A stretch of DNA of 64,000 nt, taken from positions 310,001 to 374,000 of the forward strand of contig CATNEN010000009.1 in the NCBI GenBank assembly GCA_950097015.1. Direction: 5' to 3'. Shown piece after piece: positions 25,101 to 39,900 of the stretch; within the stretch, counting starts at the first letter, position 1; the number at the start of each line of letters is the position of its first letter. The notes beneath the pieces are model-generated. The model searched no databases. It was not told the origin of the DNA and was given only the letters and a program-made list of their open reading frames with translations. Source of the stretch: Macrostomum hystrix (Eukaryota; Animalia; Platyhelminthes). The position numbers were made by a program, and so were the translations under genes.

Positions 25101-27160
25101 GCTAAACAAGCGTCTGAATCATGGCTAAACCAGAGTTTGAATCATGGCTAAACCAGAGTTTGAATCATGGCTAAACCAGAGTTTCAACCATGGCAAAACC
25201 AGAGTTTGAATCATGGCTAAACCAGAGACTAAATCATGGCTACACCAGGGTTTGAATCATGGCTAAACCAGAGACTAAATCATGGCTACACCAGAGTTTG
25301 AATCATAGCTAAACAAGCGTCTGAATCATGGCTAAACCAGAGTTTGAATCATGGCTAAACAAGAGTTTGAACCATGGCTAAACCAGAGTCTGAATCATGG
25401 CTAAACCAGAGTTTCAATCATGGCTAAACCAGAGTCTGAATCATGGCTAAACAAGCGTCTGAATCATGGCTAAACCAGAGACTAAATCATGGCTACACCA
25501 GGGTTTGAATCATGGCAAAACCAGAGTTTTAATCATGGCTAAACAAGCGTCTGAATCATGGCTAAACCAGAGTTTGAATCATGGCAAAACCAGAGTTTCA
25601 ATCATGGCTAAGCCAGAGTTTGAATCATGGCTAAACAAGCGTCTGAATCATGGCTAAACCAGAGACTAAATCATGGCTACACCAGGGTTTGAATCATGGC
25701 TAAACCAGAGATTAAATCATGGCTACACCAGGGTTTGAATCATGGCTAAACCAGAGTTTGAATCATGGCTACACCAGAGTTTAAATCATGGCTAAAGCAG
25801 ACTTTAAATCATCACAGCGTCTGAATCATGGCTAAACCAGAGTTTGAATCATGGCTACACCAGAGTTTAAATCATGGCTAAAGCAGACTTTAAATCATCA
25901 CAGCGTCTGAATCATGGCTAAACCAGAGTTTGAATCATGGCTAAATTAGAGTTTGAAACATGGTAAAACGAGAGTTTGAATCATAGCCCACCAGGGTTTA
26001 AAACATGGCGAAACCTGAGTTTGAATCTTGGCTAACCCAGCGTTTGAAAAATCAACGTCAACTGGGGAGTCATCATCAAAATGGGGATCAAGGTAAACTG
26101 GAGGATAATCGTCAACTGGAGGATTTTGGTTAACTGGGGGATAATTGTCAACTGGGGGATCATTGTCAACTGTGGGATCATTGTCAACTGGGGGATCATT
26201 GTCAACTGGGGGGTAATGGTCAACTGGGGGATAATTGTAAACTGGGGAATCATCATAAACTGGGGATCATCATCAACTGGGGGATCATCATCAACTGGGG
26301 GATCATTGTCAACTGGGGGGTAATGGTCAACTGGGGGATAATTGTCAACTGGGGGAATCTTCATAAACTGGGGATCATCATCAACTGGGGGATCATCATC
26401 AACTGGGGGATCATTGTCAACTAGGGATCATTGTCAACTGGGGGATCATTGTCAAATGGGGGATCATTGTCAACTGCGGGATCATTGTAAACTGGGGGAT
26501 CATTGTCAACTGGGGGATCATTGTCAACTGGGGGATCATGGCCAACTGGGGGATCATTGTGAACTGGGGGGATCATTGTCAACTGGGGATCATCATCAAC
26601 TGGGGGATCATTGTCAACTGGGGTATCATTGTCAACTGGGGGATCATTGTCAACTGGGGGATCATTGTCAACTGGGGAATGATTGTCAACTGGGTAATCA
26701 TTGTCAAGGGGGGATCATTGTCAACTGGGGGGGAATTGTCAACTGGGGGGATCATTGTCAACTGGGGGATCATTGTCAACTGGGGGAACATTGTCAACTG
26801 GGGGATCATTGTCAACTGGGGGATCATTGTCAACTGGGGGGAACATTGTCAACTGGGGGATCATTGTCAACTGGGGGGATCATTGTCAACTGGGGGATCA
26901 TTGTCAACTGGGGGAACATTGTCAACTGGGGGATCATTGTCAACTGGGGGATCATTGTCAACTGGGGGGATCATTGTCAACTGGGGGAACATTGTCAACT
27001 GGGGGATCATTGTCAACTGGGGGAACATTGTCAACTGGGGGATCATTGTCAACTGGGGGAAAATTGTAGCTTAAAAAAGCTGAAAATACAGCTGCTAAAA
27101 AGTATATACAAGACGAATTAAAAATATTTCTGCTCCCCGATGGGGGGCAAAACATGCTAG
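22141..27160 (+). mobile_element. Helitron copy 2 (subfamily A, 5020 bp)
   Basis: ORF-track entries recur at exactly +5020 (e.g. 18606/23626, 21322/26342). Confidence 0.9.
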
Positions 27161-30100
27161 TCCACTATACTAAAAATGAAATGCTTGCTTGCTTGCTTGG
27201 TTGCTTGCTTGTAATTGATTTTCTCCCGAACGGCTCAACCGATTTTCACCATTTCTTCACCAAAAGATGCCAAATATGGGGACAATTTTACACGTATTTT
27301 TATTAAGCTAAATTCCATTGCCAAGGGGATTAAATATTCGAAAAACATGATTTTTTCAAAGGTCAAACCATCTTGGCCTATTGAGAATTTTATTACTCAC
27401 TGCCGCTGAATTAGAATTGCATCGTCAAATTGCGCAACACCCCCTCGCTGATTGAATTTGAAGCCTGCACTCTGGAGACAAATTGGAAATAAATGTACAC
27501 AACCAACCGCGAGACTGAGTGTACTCTATTTTCTTACTTCATTGTACAAAGCCAGAACTTTGAGAATTCATTTTATAAGGCTGATTTCTGCACCCACTAA
27601 CCAACAGTCGGAATAGCCGATGTGTAGGCACTAGGAATACGTTAGGCTAGGCTAGGGTTCGATTCTGCACTGCGTCAAATCATTTAGACTAATTTTCAGC
27701 CAGTAGTGATTGAAGACTATTTTATATTATTTTTTTCATTTCGTAAATAAAATATCATAAATCATAGCACACAGGCTAAACCAGAGTTTGAATCATGGCT
27801 AAACCAGAGTCTGAATCATGGCTAAACCAGAGTCTGAATCCTGGCTAAACCAGAGTCTGAATCCTGGCTAAACCAGAGTCTGAATCATGGCTACACCAGA
27901 GTCTGAATCATGGCTAAACCAGAGTCTGAATCCTGGCTAAACCAGAGTCTGAATCCTGGCTAAACCAGAGTCTGAATCATGGCTACACCAGGGTTTGAAT
28001 CATAGCTAAACCAGAGTTTGAATCATAGCTAAACAAGCGTCTGAATCATGGCAAAACCAGAGTTTCAATCATGGCTAAACCAGATTTTGAATTATGGATA
28101 AACAAGTGTCTGAATCATGGCTAAACCAGAGTTTGAATCATGGCTAAATCAGAGTCTGAATCATGGCTGAACCAGAGTCTGAATCATGGCTAAACCAGAG
28201 TCTGAATCCTGGCTAAACCAGAGTCTGAATCCTGGCTAAACCAGAGTCTGAATCATGGCTACACCAGAGTCTGAATCATGGCTAAACCAGAGTTTGAATC
28301 ATGGCTAAACCAGCGTCTGAATCATGGCTAAACCAGAGTTTGAATCATGGCTAAACCAGAGACTAAATCATGGCTACACCAGGGTTTGAATCATAGCTAA
28401 ACAAGCGTCTGAATCATGGCAAAACCAGAGTTTCAATCATGGCTAAACCAGATTTTGAATTATGGATAAACAAGTGTCTGAATCATGGCTAAATCAGAGT
28501 CTGAATCATGGCTGAACCAGAGTCTGAATCATGGCTAAACCAGAGTCTGAATCATGGCTACACCAGAGTCTGAATCATGCCAAAACCAGAGTTTTAATCA
28601 TGGCTAAACCAGAGTTTGAATCATGGCTAAACAAGCGTCTGAATCATGGCTAAAGCAGAGACTAAATCATGGCTACACCAGGGTTTGAATCATGGCAAAA
28701 CCAGAGTTTTAATCATGGCTAAACAAGCGTCTGAATCATGGCTAAACCAGAGTTTGAATCATGGCAAAACCAGAGTTTCAATCATGGCTAAACCAGAGTT
28801 TGAATCATGGCTAAACAGGCGTCTGAATCATGGCTAAACCAGAGACTAAATCATGGCTACACCAGGGTTTGAATCATGGCTAAACCAGAGATTAAATCAT
28901 GGCTACACCAGGGTTTGAATCATGGCTAAACCAGAGATTAAATCATGGCTAAACAAGCGTCTGAATCATGGCTAAACCAGAGTTTGAATCATGGCTAAAC
29001 AAGCGTCTGAATCATGGCTAAACCAGAGACTAAATCATGGCTACACCAGAATTTGAATCATGGCTAAACCAGAGACTAAATCATGGCTACACCAGGGTTT
29101 GAATCATGGCTAAACCAGAGTTTGAATCATGGCTAAACCAGAGACTAAATCATGGCTACACCAGGGTTTGAATCATGGCTAAACCAGAGACTAAATCATG
29201 GCTACACCAGAGTTTGAATCATGGCTAAACCAGAGACTAAATCATGGCTACACCAGAGTTTGAATCATGGCTACACCAGAGTCTGAATCATGGCTAAACC
29301 AGAGTTTGAATCATGGCTAAACCAGCGTCTGAATCATGGCTAAACCAGAGTTTGAATCATGGCTAAACCAGAGACTAAATCATGGCTACACCAGGGTTTG
29401 AATCATAGCTAAACCAGAGTTTGAATCATAGCTAAACAAGCGTCTGAATCATGGCAAAACCAGAGTTTCAATCATGGCTAAACCAGATTTTGAATTATGG
29501 ATAAACAAGTGTCTGAATCATGGCTAAACCAGAGTTTGAATCATGGCTAAATCAGAGTCTGAATCATGGCTGAACCAGAGTCTGAATCATGGCTAAACCA
29601 GAGTCTGAATCATGGCTACACCAGAGTCTGAATCATGCCAAAACCAGAGTTTGAATCATGGCTAAACCAGAGTTTGAATCATGGCCAAACAAGCGTCTGA
29701 ATCATGGCTAAACCAGAGACTAAATCATGGCTACACCAGGGTTTGAATCATGGCAAAACCAGAGTTTTAATCATGGCTAAACAAGCGTCTGAATCATGGC
29801 TAAACCAGAGTTTGAATCATGGCAAAACCAGAGTTTCAATCATGGCTAAACCAGAGTTTGAATCATGGCTAAACAAGCGTCTGAATCATGGCTAAACCAG
29901 AGTTTGAATCATGGCTAAACAAGCGTCTGAATCATGGCTAAACCAGAGTTTGAATCATGGCTAAACAAGCGTCTGAATGATGGCTAAACCAGAGACTAAA
30001 TCATGGCTACACCAGGGTTTGAATCATGGCTAAACCAGAGACTAAATCATGGCTACACCAGGCTTTGAATCATGGCTAAACCAGAGACTAAATCATGGCT

Positions 30101-32180
30101 ACACCAGAGTTTGAATCATAGCTAAACAAGCGTCTGAATCATGGCTAAACCAGAGTTTGAATCATGGCTAAACCAGAGTTTGAATCATGGCTAAACCAGA
30201 GTTTCAACCATGGCAAAACCAGAGTTTGAATCATGGCTAAACCAGAGACTAAATCATGGCTACACCAGGGTTTGAATCATGGCTAAACCAGAGACTAAAT
30301 CATGGCTACACCAGAGTTTGAATCATAGCTAAACAAGCGTCTGAATCATGGCTAAACCAGAGTTTGAATCATGGCTAAACAAGAGTTTGAACCATGGCTA
30401 AACCAGAGTCTGAATCATGGCTAAACCAGAGTTTCAATCATGGCTAAACCAGAGTCTGAATCATGGCTAAACAAGCGTCTGAATCATGGCTAAACCAGAG
30501 ACTAAATCATGGCTACACCAGGGTTTGAATCATGGCAAAACCAGAGTTTTAATCATGGCTAAACAAGCGTCTGAATCATGGCTAAACCAGAGTTTGAATC
30601 ATGGCAAAACCAGAGTTTCAATCATGGCTAAGCCAGAGTTTGAATCATGGCTAAACAAGCGTCTGAATCATGGCTAAACCAGAGACTAAATCATGGCTAC
30701 ACCAGGGTTTGAATCATGGCTAAACCAGAGATTAAATCATGGCTACACCAGGGTTTGAATCATGGCTAAACCAGAGTTTGAATCATGGCTACACCAGAGT
30801 TTAAATCATGGCTAAAGCAGACTTTAAATCATCACAGCGTCTGAATCATGGCTAAACCAGAGTTTGAATCATGGCTACACCAGAGTTTAAATCATGGCTA
30901 AAGCAGACTTTAAATCATCACAGCGTCTGAATCATGGCTAAACCAGAGTTTGAATCATGGCTAAATTAGAGTTTGAAACATGGTAAAACGAGAGTTTGAA
31001 TCATAGCCCACCAGGGTTTAAAACATGGCGAAACCTGAGTTTGAATCTTGGCTAACCCAGCGTTTGAAAAATCAACGTCAACTGGGGAGTCATCATCAAA
31101 ATGGGGATCAAGGTAAACTGGAGGATAATCGTCAACTGGAGGATTTTGGTTAACTGGGGGATAATTGTCAACTGGGGGATCATTGTCAACTGTGGGATCA
31201 TTGTCAACTGGGGGATCATTGTCAACTGGGGGGTAATGGTCAACTGGGGGATAATTGTAAACTGGGGAATCATCATAAACTGGGGATCATCATCAACTGG
31301 GGGATCATCATCAACTGGGGGATCATTGTCAACTGGGGGGTAATGGTCAACTGGGGGATAATTGTCAACTGGGGGAATCTTCATAAACTGGGGATCATCA
31401 TCAACTGGGGGATCATCATCAACTGGGGGATCATTGTCAACTAGGGATCATTGTCAACTGGGGGATCATTGTCAAATGGGGGATCATTGTCAACTGCGGG
31501 ATCATTGTAAACTGGGGGATCATTGTCAACTGGGGGATCATTGTCAACTGGGGGATCATGGCCAACTGGGGGATCATTGTGAACTGGGGGGATCATTGTC
31601 AACTGGGGATCATCATCAACTGGGGGATCATTGTCAACTGGGGTATCATTGTCAACTGGGGGATCATTGTCAACTGGGGGATCATTGTCAACTGGGGAAT
31701 GATTGTCAACTGGGTAATCATTGTCAAGGGGGGATCATTGTCAACTGGGGGGGAATTGTCAACTGGGGGGATCATTGTCAACTGGGGGATCATTGTCAAC
31801 TGGGGGAACATTGTCAACTGGGGGATCATTGTCAACTGGGGGATCATTGTCAACTGGGGGGAACATTGTCAACTGGGGGATCATTGTCAACTGGGGGGAT
31901 CATTGTCAACTGGGGGATCATTGTCAACTGGGGGAACATTGTCAACTGGGGGATCATTGTCAACTGGGGGATCATTGTCAACTGGGGGGATCATTGTCAA
32001 CTGGGGGAACATTGTCAACTGGGGGATCATTGTCAACTGGGGGAACATTGTCAACTGGGGGATCATTGTCAACTGGGGGAAAATTGTAGCTTAAAAAAGC
32101 TGAAAATACAGCTGCTAAAAAGTATATACAAGACGAATTAAAAATATTTCTGCTCCCCGATGGGGGGCAAAACATGCTAG
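27161..32180 (+). mobile_element. Helitron copy 3 (subfamily A, 5020 bp)
   Basis: ORF-track entries recur again at +5020 (28646, 31362). Confidence 0.9.
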
Positions 32181-35100
32181 TCCACTATACTAAAAATGAA
32201 ATGCTTGCTTGCTTGCTTGGTTGCTTGCTTGTAATTGATTTTCTCCCGAACGGCTCAACCGATTTTCACCATTTCTTCACCAAAAGATGCCAAATATGGG
32301 GACAATTATACACGTATTTTTATTAAGCTTAACTTTATTGCTAAAGGGATTAAATATTCGAAAAACATGATTTTTCAAAGGTCAAACCACTCACTGCCAC
32401 TGAATTAGAATTGCATCGTCAAATTGCGCAACAACCCCTAGCTGATTGAATTTGAAGCCTGCACTCTGGAGACAAATTGGAAATAAATGTACACAACCAA
32501 CCGCGAGACTGAGTGTACTCTATTTTCTTACTTCATTGTACAAAGCCAGAACTTTGAGAATTCATTTTATAAGGCTGATTTCTGCACCCACTAACCAACA
32601 GTCGGAATAGCCGATGTGTTAGGCACTAGGAATAAGTTAGGCTAGGCTAGGGTTCGATTCTGCACTGCGTCAAATTATTTAGACTAATTTTCAGCCAGTA
32701 GTGATTGAAGATTATTTTGATTTATTTTTTTCATTTCGTAAATAAAATATCATAAATCATAGCAAACCTGAATTTGAATCATGGCAAAAATAGAGCTTGA
32801 ATCATGGCTAAACCAGCGTCTGAATCATGGCTAAACCAGAGTTTGAATCATGGCTAAACCAGAGTTTGAATCATGGCTAAACCAGAGTTTGAATCATGGC
32901 TAAACCAGAGTTTGAATCATGGCTAAACCAGAGTTTGAATCATGGCTAAACCAGAGTTTGAATCATGGCTAAACCAGAGTTTGAATCATGGCTAAACCAG
33001 AGTTTGAATCATGGCTAAACCAACGTTTGAATCATGGCTAACCTAGAGTCTGAATCATGGCTAAACCAGAGTCTGAATCATGGCTAAACCAGAGTTTGAA
33101 TCATGGCTAAACCAGAGCTTGAATCATGGCTAAACTGGAGTCTGAATCATGGCTAAACCAGAGTCTGAATCATTGCTAAACCAGAGTTTGAATCATGGCT
33201 AAACCAGAGCTTGAATCATGGCTAAACTGGAGTCTGAATCATGGCTAAACCAGAGTCTGAATCATTGCTAAACAAGAGTTTGAATCATGGCTAAACCAGA
33301 GTTTGAATCATTCTAAACCAGCGTTTGAATCATGGCTAAACCAGAGTTTGAATCACGGCTAAACCAGAGTTTGAATCATGTCTAAACCAGAGCTTGAATG
33401 ATGGCTAAACCAGTGTTTGAATCATGGCTAAAGCATAGTTTGAATCATGGCTAAACCAGAGTCTGAATCATGGCTTAACCAGAGTTTGAATCATGGCTTA
33501 ACCAGAGTTTGAATCATGGCCAAACCAGAGTTTGAATCATGGCTCAATCAGAGTCTAAATCATGGCAAAACTGGAGTCTGAATCATGGCTAAACCAGAGT
33601 CTGAATCATTGCTAAACCAGAGTTTGAATCATGGCTAAACCAGAGCTTGAATCATGGCTAAACTGGAGTCTGAATCATGGCTAAACCAGAGTCTGAATCA
33701 TTGCTAAACAAGAGTTTGAATCATGGCTAAACCAGAGTCTGAATCATGGCTAAACCAGAATTTAAATCATGGCTAAACCAGAGTCTGAATCATGGCTAAA
33801 CCAACGTTTGAATCATGGCTAACCTAGAGTCTGAATCATGGCTAAACCATAGTCTGAATCATGGCTAAACCAGAGTTTGAATCATGGCTAAACCAGAGCT
33901 TGAATCATGGCTAAACTGGAGTCTGAATCATGGCTAAACCAGAGTCTGAATCATTGCTAAACCAGAGTTTGAATCATGGCTAAACCAGAGCTTGAATCAT
34001 GGCTAAACTGGAGTCTGAATCATGGCTAAACCAGAGTCTGAATCATTGCTAAACCAGAGTTTGAATCATGGCTAAACCAGAGTTTGAATCATGGCTAAAC
34101 CAACGTTTGAATCATGGCTAACCTAGAGTCTGAATCACGGCTAAACCAGAGTTTGAATCATGTCTAAACCAGAGCTTGAATGATGGCTAAACCAGTGTTT
34201 GAATCATGGCTAAAGCATAGTTTGAATCATGGCTAAACCAGAGTCTGAATCATGGCTTAACCAGAGTTTGAATCATGGCTTAACCAGAGTTTGAATCATG
34301 GCCAAACCAGAGTTTGAATCATGGCTAAATCAGAGTCTGAATCATGGCAAAACTGGAGTCTGAATCATGGCTAAACCAGAGTCTGAATCATTGCTAAACC
34401 AGAGTTTGAATCATGGCTAAACCAGAGCTTGAATCATGGCTAAACTGGAGTCTGAATCATGGCTAAACCAGAGTCTGAATCATTGCTAAACAAGAGTTTG
34501 AATCATGGCTAAACCAGAGTTTGAATCATTCTAAACCAGCGTTTGAATCATGGCTAAACCAGAGTTTGAATCACGGCTAAACCAGAGTTTGAATCATGTC
34601 TAAGCCAGAGCTTGAATGATGGCTAAACCAGTGTTTGAATCATGGCTAAACCAGAGTCTGAATCATTGCTAAACCAGAGTTTGAATCATGGCTAAACCAG
34701 AGTCTGAATCATGGCTAAACCAGAGTTTGAATCATGGCTAAACCAGAGTTTGAATCATGGCTAAACCAGAGTCTGAATCATGGTTAACCTAGAGTCTGAA
34801 TCATGGCTAAACCAGAGTTTGAATATTGGCTACACCAGAGTTTAAATCATGGCTAAAACAGAGTTTGAATCATGGCTAAAGCAGACTTTAAATCATCACA
34901 GCGTCTGAATCATGGCTAAACCAGAGTTTGAATCATGGCTAAACCAGAGTCTGAATCATGGCTAAACCAGAGTCTGAATCATGGCTAAGCCAACGTTTGA
35001 ATCATGGCTAACCTAGAGTCTGAATAATGGCTAAACCAGCGTCTGAATCATGGCTACGCCAACGTTTGAATCATGGCTAAACCAGAGTCTGAATCATGGC

Positions 35101-36985
35101 TAAACCAGCGTCTGAATCATGGCTAAACCAGAGTTTGAATCATGGCTAAACCAGAGTTTGAATCATTGCTAAACCAGAGTCTGAATCATGGCTAAACCAG
35201 AGTCTGAATCATGGCTAAGCCAACGTTTGAATCATGGCTAACCTAGAGTCTGAATAATGGCTTAACCAGAGTTTGAATCAAGGCGAAACCAGAGTTTGAA
35301 TCATGGCTTAACCAGAGTTTGAATCATGGCTAACCTAGAGTCTGAATAATGGCTTAACCAGAGTTTGAATCATGGCTAAATTAGAGTTTGAATCATGGTA
35401 AAACGAGAGTTTGAATCATAGCCCACCAGGGTTTAAAACATGGCGAAACCTGAGTTTGAATCTTGGCTAACCCAGCGTTTGAAAAATTTGAAACGTCAAT
35501 TGGGGAGTCATCATCAAAATGGGGATCAAGGTAAACTGGGGGATAATCGTCAACTGGAGGATCTTGGTAAACTGGGGGATAATTGTCAACTGGGGGATCA
35601 TTGTCAACTGGGGGATCGTTGTGAACTGGGGGATCATTGTCAACTAGGGGGTAATGGTCAACTGGGGGATAATTGTCAACTGGGGAATCATCATAAAATG
35701 GGGGATCATGGTCAACTTGGGGATCATTGTCAACTGGGGGATCATTGTCAACTGTGGGATCATTGTCAACTGGGGGATCATTGTCAAATGAGGGATCATT
35801 GTCAACTGGGGGATCTTTGTCAACTGGGGGTTCATTGTCAACTGTGGGATCATTGTCAACCGGCGGGATCATTGTCAACTGTGGGATCATTGTCAACTGG
35901 GGGATCATTGTCAACTGGGGGATCATTGTCAAGTGGGTGATCATCATCAACTGGGGGATCATTGTCAACTGGGGGAACATTGTCAACTGGAGGAACATTG
36001 TTAACTAGGGATCATCATCAATGAGGAGACTTCATCAACTGGGGGATCATTGTGAACTGGGGGATCTTTGTTAACTGGGTGTTCATTGTCAACTGGGGGA
36101 TCATTGTCAACTGGGGGATCATCGTCAACTGGGGGATCATTGTCAACTGGAGGAACATTGTTAACTAGGGATCATCATCAATGGGGAGACTTCATCAACT
36201 GGGGGATCTTTGTTAACTGGGGGATCATTGTCAACTGGGTGATCATCATCAACTGGGGATCATTGTCAACTGGAGGAACATTGTTAACTAGGGATCATCA
36301 TTAATGGGGAGACTTCATCAACTGGGGGATCATTGTGAACTGGGGGATCTTTGTTAACTGGGGGATCATTTTCAACTGGGGGATCATTTTCAACTGGGGG
36401 ATCATCATCAACTGGGGGGATCATTGCCAACTGGGGAATCATTGTCAACTCGGTGATCATCATCAACTGGGGGATCATTGATAACTGGGGGAACATTGTC
36501 AACTGGAGGAACATTGTTAACTGGGGATCATCACCAATGGGGAGACTTCATCAACTGGGGGATCATTGTGAACTGGGGGATCTTTGTTAACTGGGGGATC
36601 ATTGTCAACTGGGGGATCATTCTCAACTGGGGGATCATTGTCAACTGGGGGATCATTCTCAACTGGGGGATCATTGTGAACTGGGGGATCTATGTCAACT
36701 GGGGGATCATTGTCAACTGTGGGATCATTGTCAACTGGGGGATCATTGTCAAATGGGGGATCATTGTCAACTGGGGGATCGTTGTCAACTGGGGGTTCAT
36801 TGTCAACTGGGGGTTTATTGTCAACTGGGGATCATCGTCAACTGGGGGATCATTGTCAACTGGGGGATCATTGTCAACTGGGGGTTCATTGTAGCTTTAA
36901 AAAGCTGTAAATTTAGCTGCTAAAAAGTCTATACTAGACGAATTAAAAGTATTTCTGCTCCCCGAAGGGGGGCAAATCTTGCTAG
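32181..36985 (+). mobile_element. Helitron copy 4 (subfamily B, 4805 bp)
   Basis: Same termini. ~25-nt deletion in the 5' part (AAACC^ACTCAC). 3' end reads GTAGCTTTAAAAAGCTGTAAAT...CTAG. Confidence 0.88.
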
Positions 36986-39900
36986 TCCACTATACTAAAA
37001 ATGAAATGCTTGCTTGGTTGTAATTGATTTTCTCCCGAACGGCTCAACCGATTTTCACCATTTCTTCACCAAAATATGCGAAATATGGGCAGAATTTTAC
37101 ACGTATTTTTATTAAGCTTAACTCCATTGCTAAGGGGATTAAATATTCGAAAAACATGATTTTGTCAAAGGTCAAACCATCTTGGCCTATTGAGAATTTT
37201 AACTCACTGCCACTGAATTAGAATTGCATCGTCAAATTGCGCAACAACCCCTAGCTGATTGAATTTGAAGCCTGCACTCTGGAGACAAATTGGAAATAAA
37301 TGTACACAACTGAGTGTACTCTATTTTCTTACTTCATTGTACAAAGCCAGAACTTTGAGAATTCATTTTATAAGGCAGATTTTTGCACCCACTAACCAAC
37401 AGTCGGAATAGCCGATGTGTAGGCACTAGGAATAAGTAAGTCTAGGCTAGGGTTCGATTCTGCACTGCGTCAAATCATTTAAACTAATTTTTAGCCAGTA
37501 GTGATTGAAGATTATTTTAATTTATTTTTTTCATTTCGTAAATAAAATATCATACATCATTGCAAATCTGAGTTTGAATAATGCAAAAATAGAGTTTGAA
37601 TCATGGCTAAACCAGAGTCTGAATCATGGCTAAACCAGATTCTGAATCATTGCTAAACCAGAGTTCGAATCATTGCTAAAACTGAGTTTTAATCATGGTT
37701 AAACAAGAGTCTGAATCATAGCTAAACCAGAGTCTCAATCATGGCTAAACCAGAGTCTCAATCATGGCTAAACCAGAGTTTGAATCATAGCTAAACCAGA
37801 GTCTGAATCATGGCTAAACCAGAGTCTGAATCATAGCTAAACCAGAGTCTGAATCATGGCTAAACCAGAGTCTCAATCATGGCTAAACCAGAGTTTAAAT
37901 CATTGCTAAACCAGAGTTTGAATCATGGCTAAACCAGAGTGTGAATCATGGCTAAACCATCGTTTGAATCATGACTAAACCAGAGTTTGAATCATAGCTA
38001 AACCAGAGTCTGAATCATGGCTAAACCAGAGTCTCAATCATGGCTAAACCAGAGTTTGAATCATTGCTAAACCAGAGTTTGAATCATGGCTAAACCAGAG
38101 TGTGAATCATGGCTAAACCAGAGTTTGAATCATGGCTAAACCATCGTTTGAATCATGGCTAAACCAGAGTTTGAATCATGGCTAAACCAGAGTTTGAATC
38201 ATGGCTAAACCATCGTTTAAATCATGGCTAAACCATTGTTTGAATCATGGCTAAACCAGAGTTTGAATCATGGCTAAACCAGAGTTTGAATCATGGCTTA
38301 ACCAGAGTTTGAATCATGGCTAAACCAGAGTCTGAATCATGGCTTAACCAGAATTTAAATCATGGCTAAACCAGAGTCTGAATCATGGCTTAACCAGAGT
38401 CTGAATCATGGCTAAACCAGAGTCTGAATCATGGCTAAACCAGAGTCTGAATCATGGCAAAACTGGAGTCTGAATCATGGCTAAACCATAGTCTGAATCA
38501 TGGCTAAAATAGAGTCTGAATCATGGCTAAAATAGAGTCTGAATCATGGCTAAACCAGAGTCTGAATCATGGCTAAAATAGAGTCTGAATCATGGCTAAA
38601 CCAGAGTCTGAATCATGGCTAAACTAGAGTCTGAATCATGGCTAAACCAGAGTCTGAATCATGGCTAAACTAGAGTCTGAATCATGGCTAAACCAGAGTC
38701 TGAATCATGGCTAAACTAGAGTCTGAATCATGGCTAAACCAGAGTCTGAATCATGGCAAAACTGGAGTCTGAATCATGGCTAAACCATAGTCTGAATCAT
38801 GGCTAAACCATAGTCTGAATCATGGCTAAACCAGAGTCTGAATCATGGCTAAACCAGAGTCTGAATCATGGCTAAACCAGCGTCTGAATCATGGCTAAAC
38901 CAGAGTCTGAATCATGGCTAAACCAGCGTCTGAATCATGGCTAAACCAGAGTTTGAATCATGGCTAAACCAGAGTTTCAATCATGGCTAAACCAGCGTCT
39001 GAATCATGGCTAAACCAGCGTCTGAATCATGGCTAAACCAGAGTCTGAATCATGGCAAAACTGGAGTCTGAATCATGGCTAAACCATAGTCTGAATCATG
39101 GCTAAACCATAGTCTGAATCATGGCTAAACCAGAGTCTGAATCATGGCTAAACCAGAGTCTGAATCATGGCTAAACCAGCGTCTGAATCATGGCTAAACT
39201 AGAGTCTGAATCATGGCTAAACTAGAGTCTGAATCATGGCTAAACCAGCGTCTGAATCATGGCTAAACCAGAGTTTGAATCATGGCTAAACCAGAGTTTC
39301 AATCATGGCTAAACCAGCGTCTGAATCATGGCTAAACCAGAGTTTGAATCATGGCTAAACCAGAGTTTCAATCATGGCTAAACCAGCGTCTGAATCATGG
39401 CTAAACCAGCGTCTGAATCATGGCTAAACCAGAGTCTGAATCATGGCAAAACTGGAGTCTGAATCATGGCTAAACCATAGTCTGAATCATGGCTAAACCA
39501 TAGTCTGAATCATGGCTAAACCAGAGTCTGAATCATGGCTAAACCAGAGTCTGAATCATGGCTAAACCAGCGTCTGAATCATGGCTAAACCAGAGTCTGA
39601 ATCATGGCTAAACCAGCGTCTGAATCATGGCTAAACCAGAGTTTCAATCATGGCTAAACCAGAGTTTCAATCATGGCTAAACCAGCGTCTGAATCATGGC
39701 TAAACCAGCGTCTGAATCATGGCTAAACCAGAGTCTGAATCATGGCAAAACTGGAGTCTGAATCATGGCTAAACCATAGTCTGAATCATGGCTAAACCAT
39801 AGTCTGAATCATGGCTAAACCAGAGTCTGAATCATGGCTAAACCAGAGTCTGAATCATGGCTAAACCAGCGTCTGAATCATGGCTAAACCAGAGTCTGAA

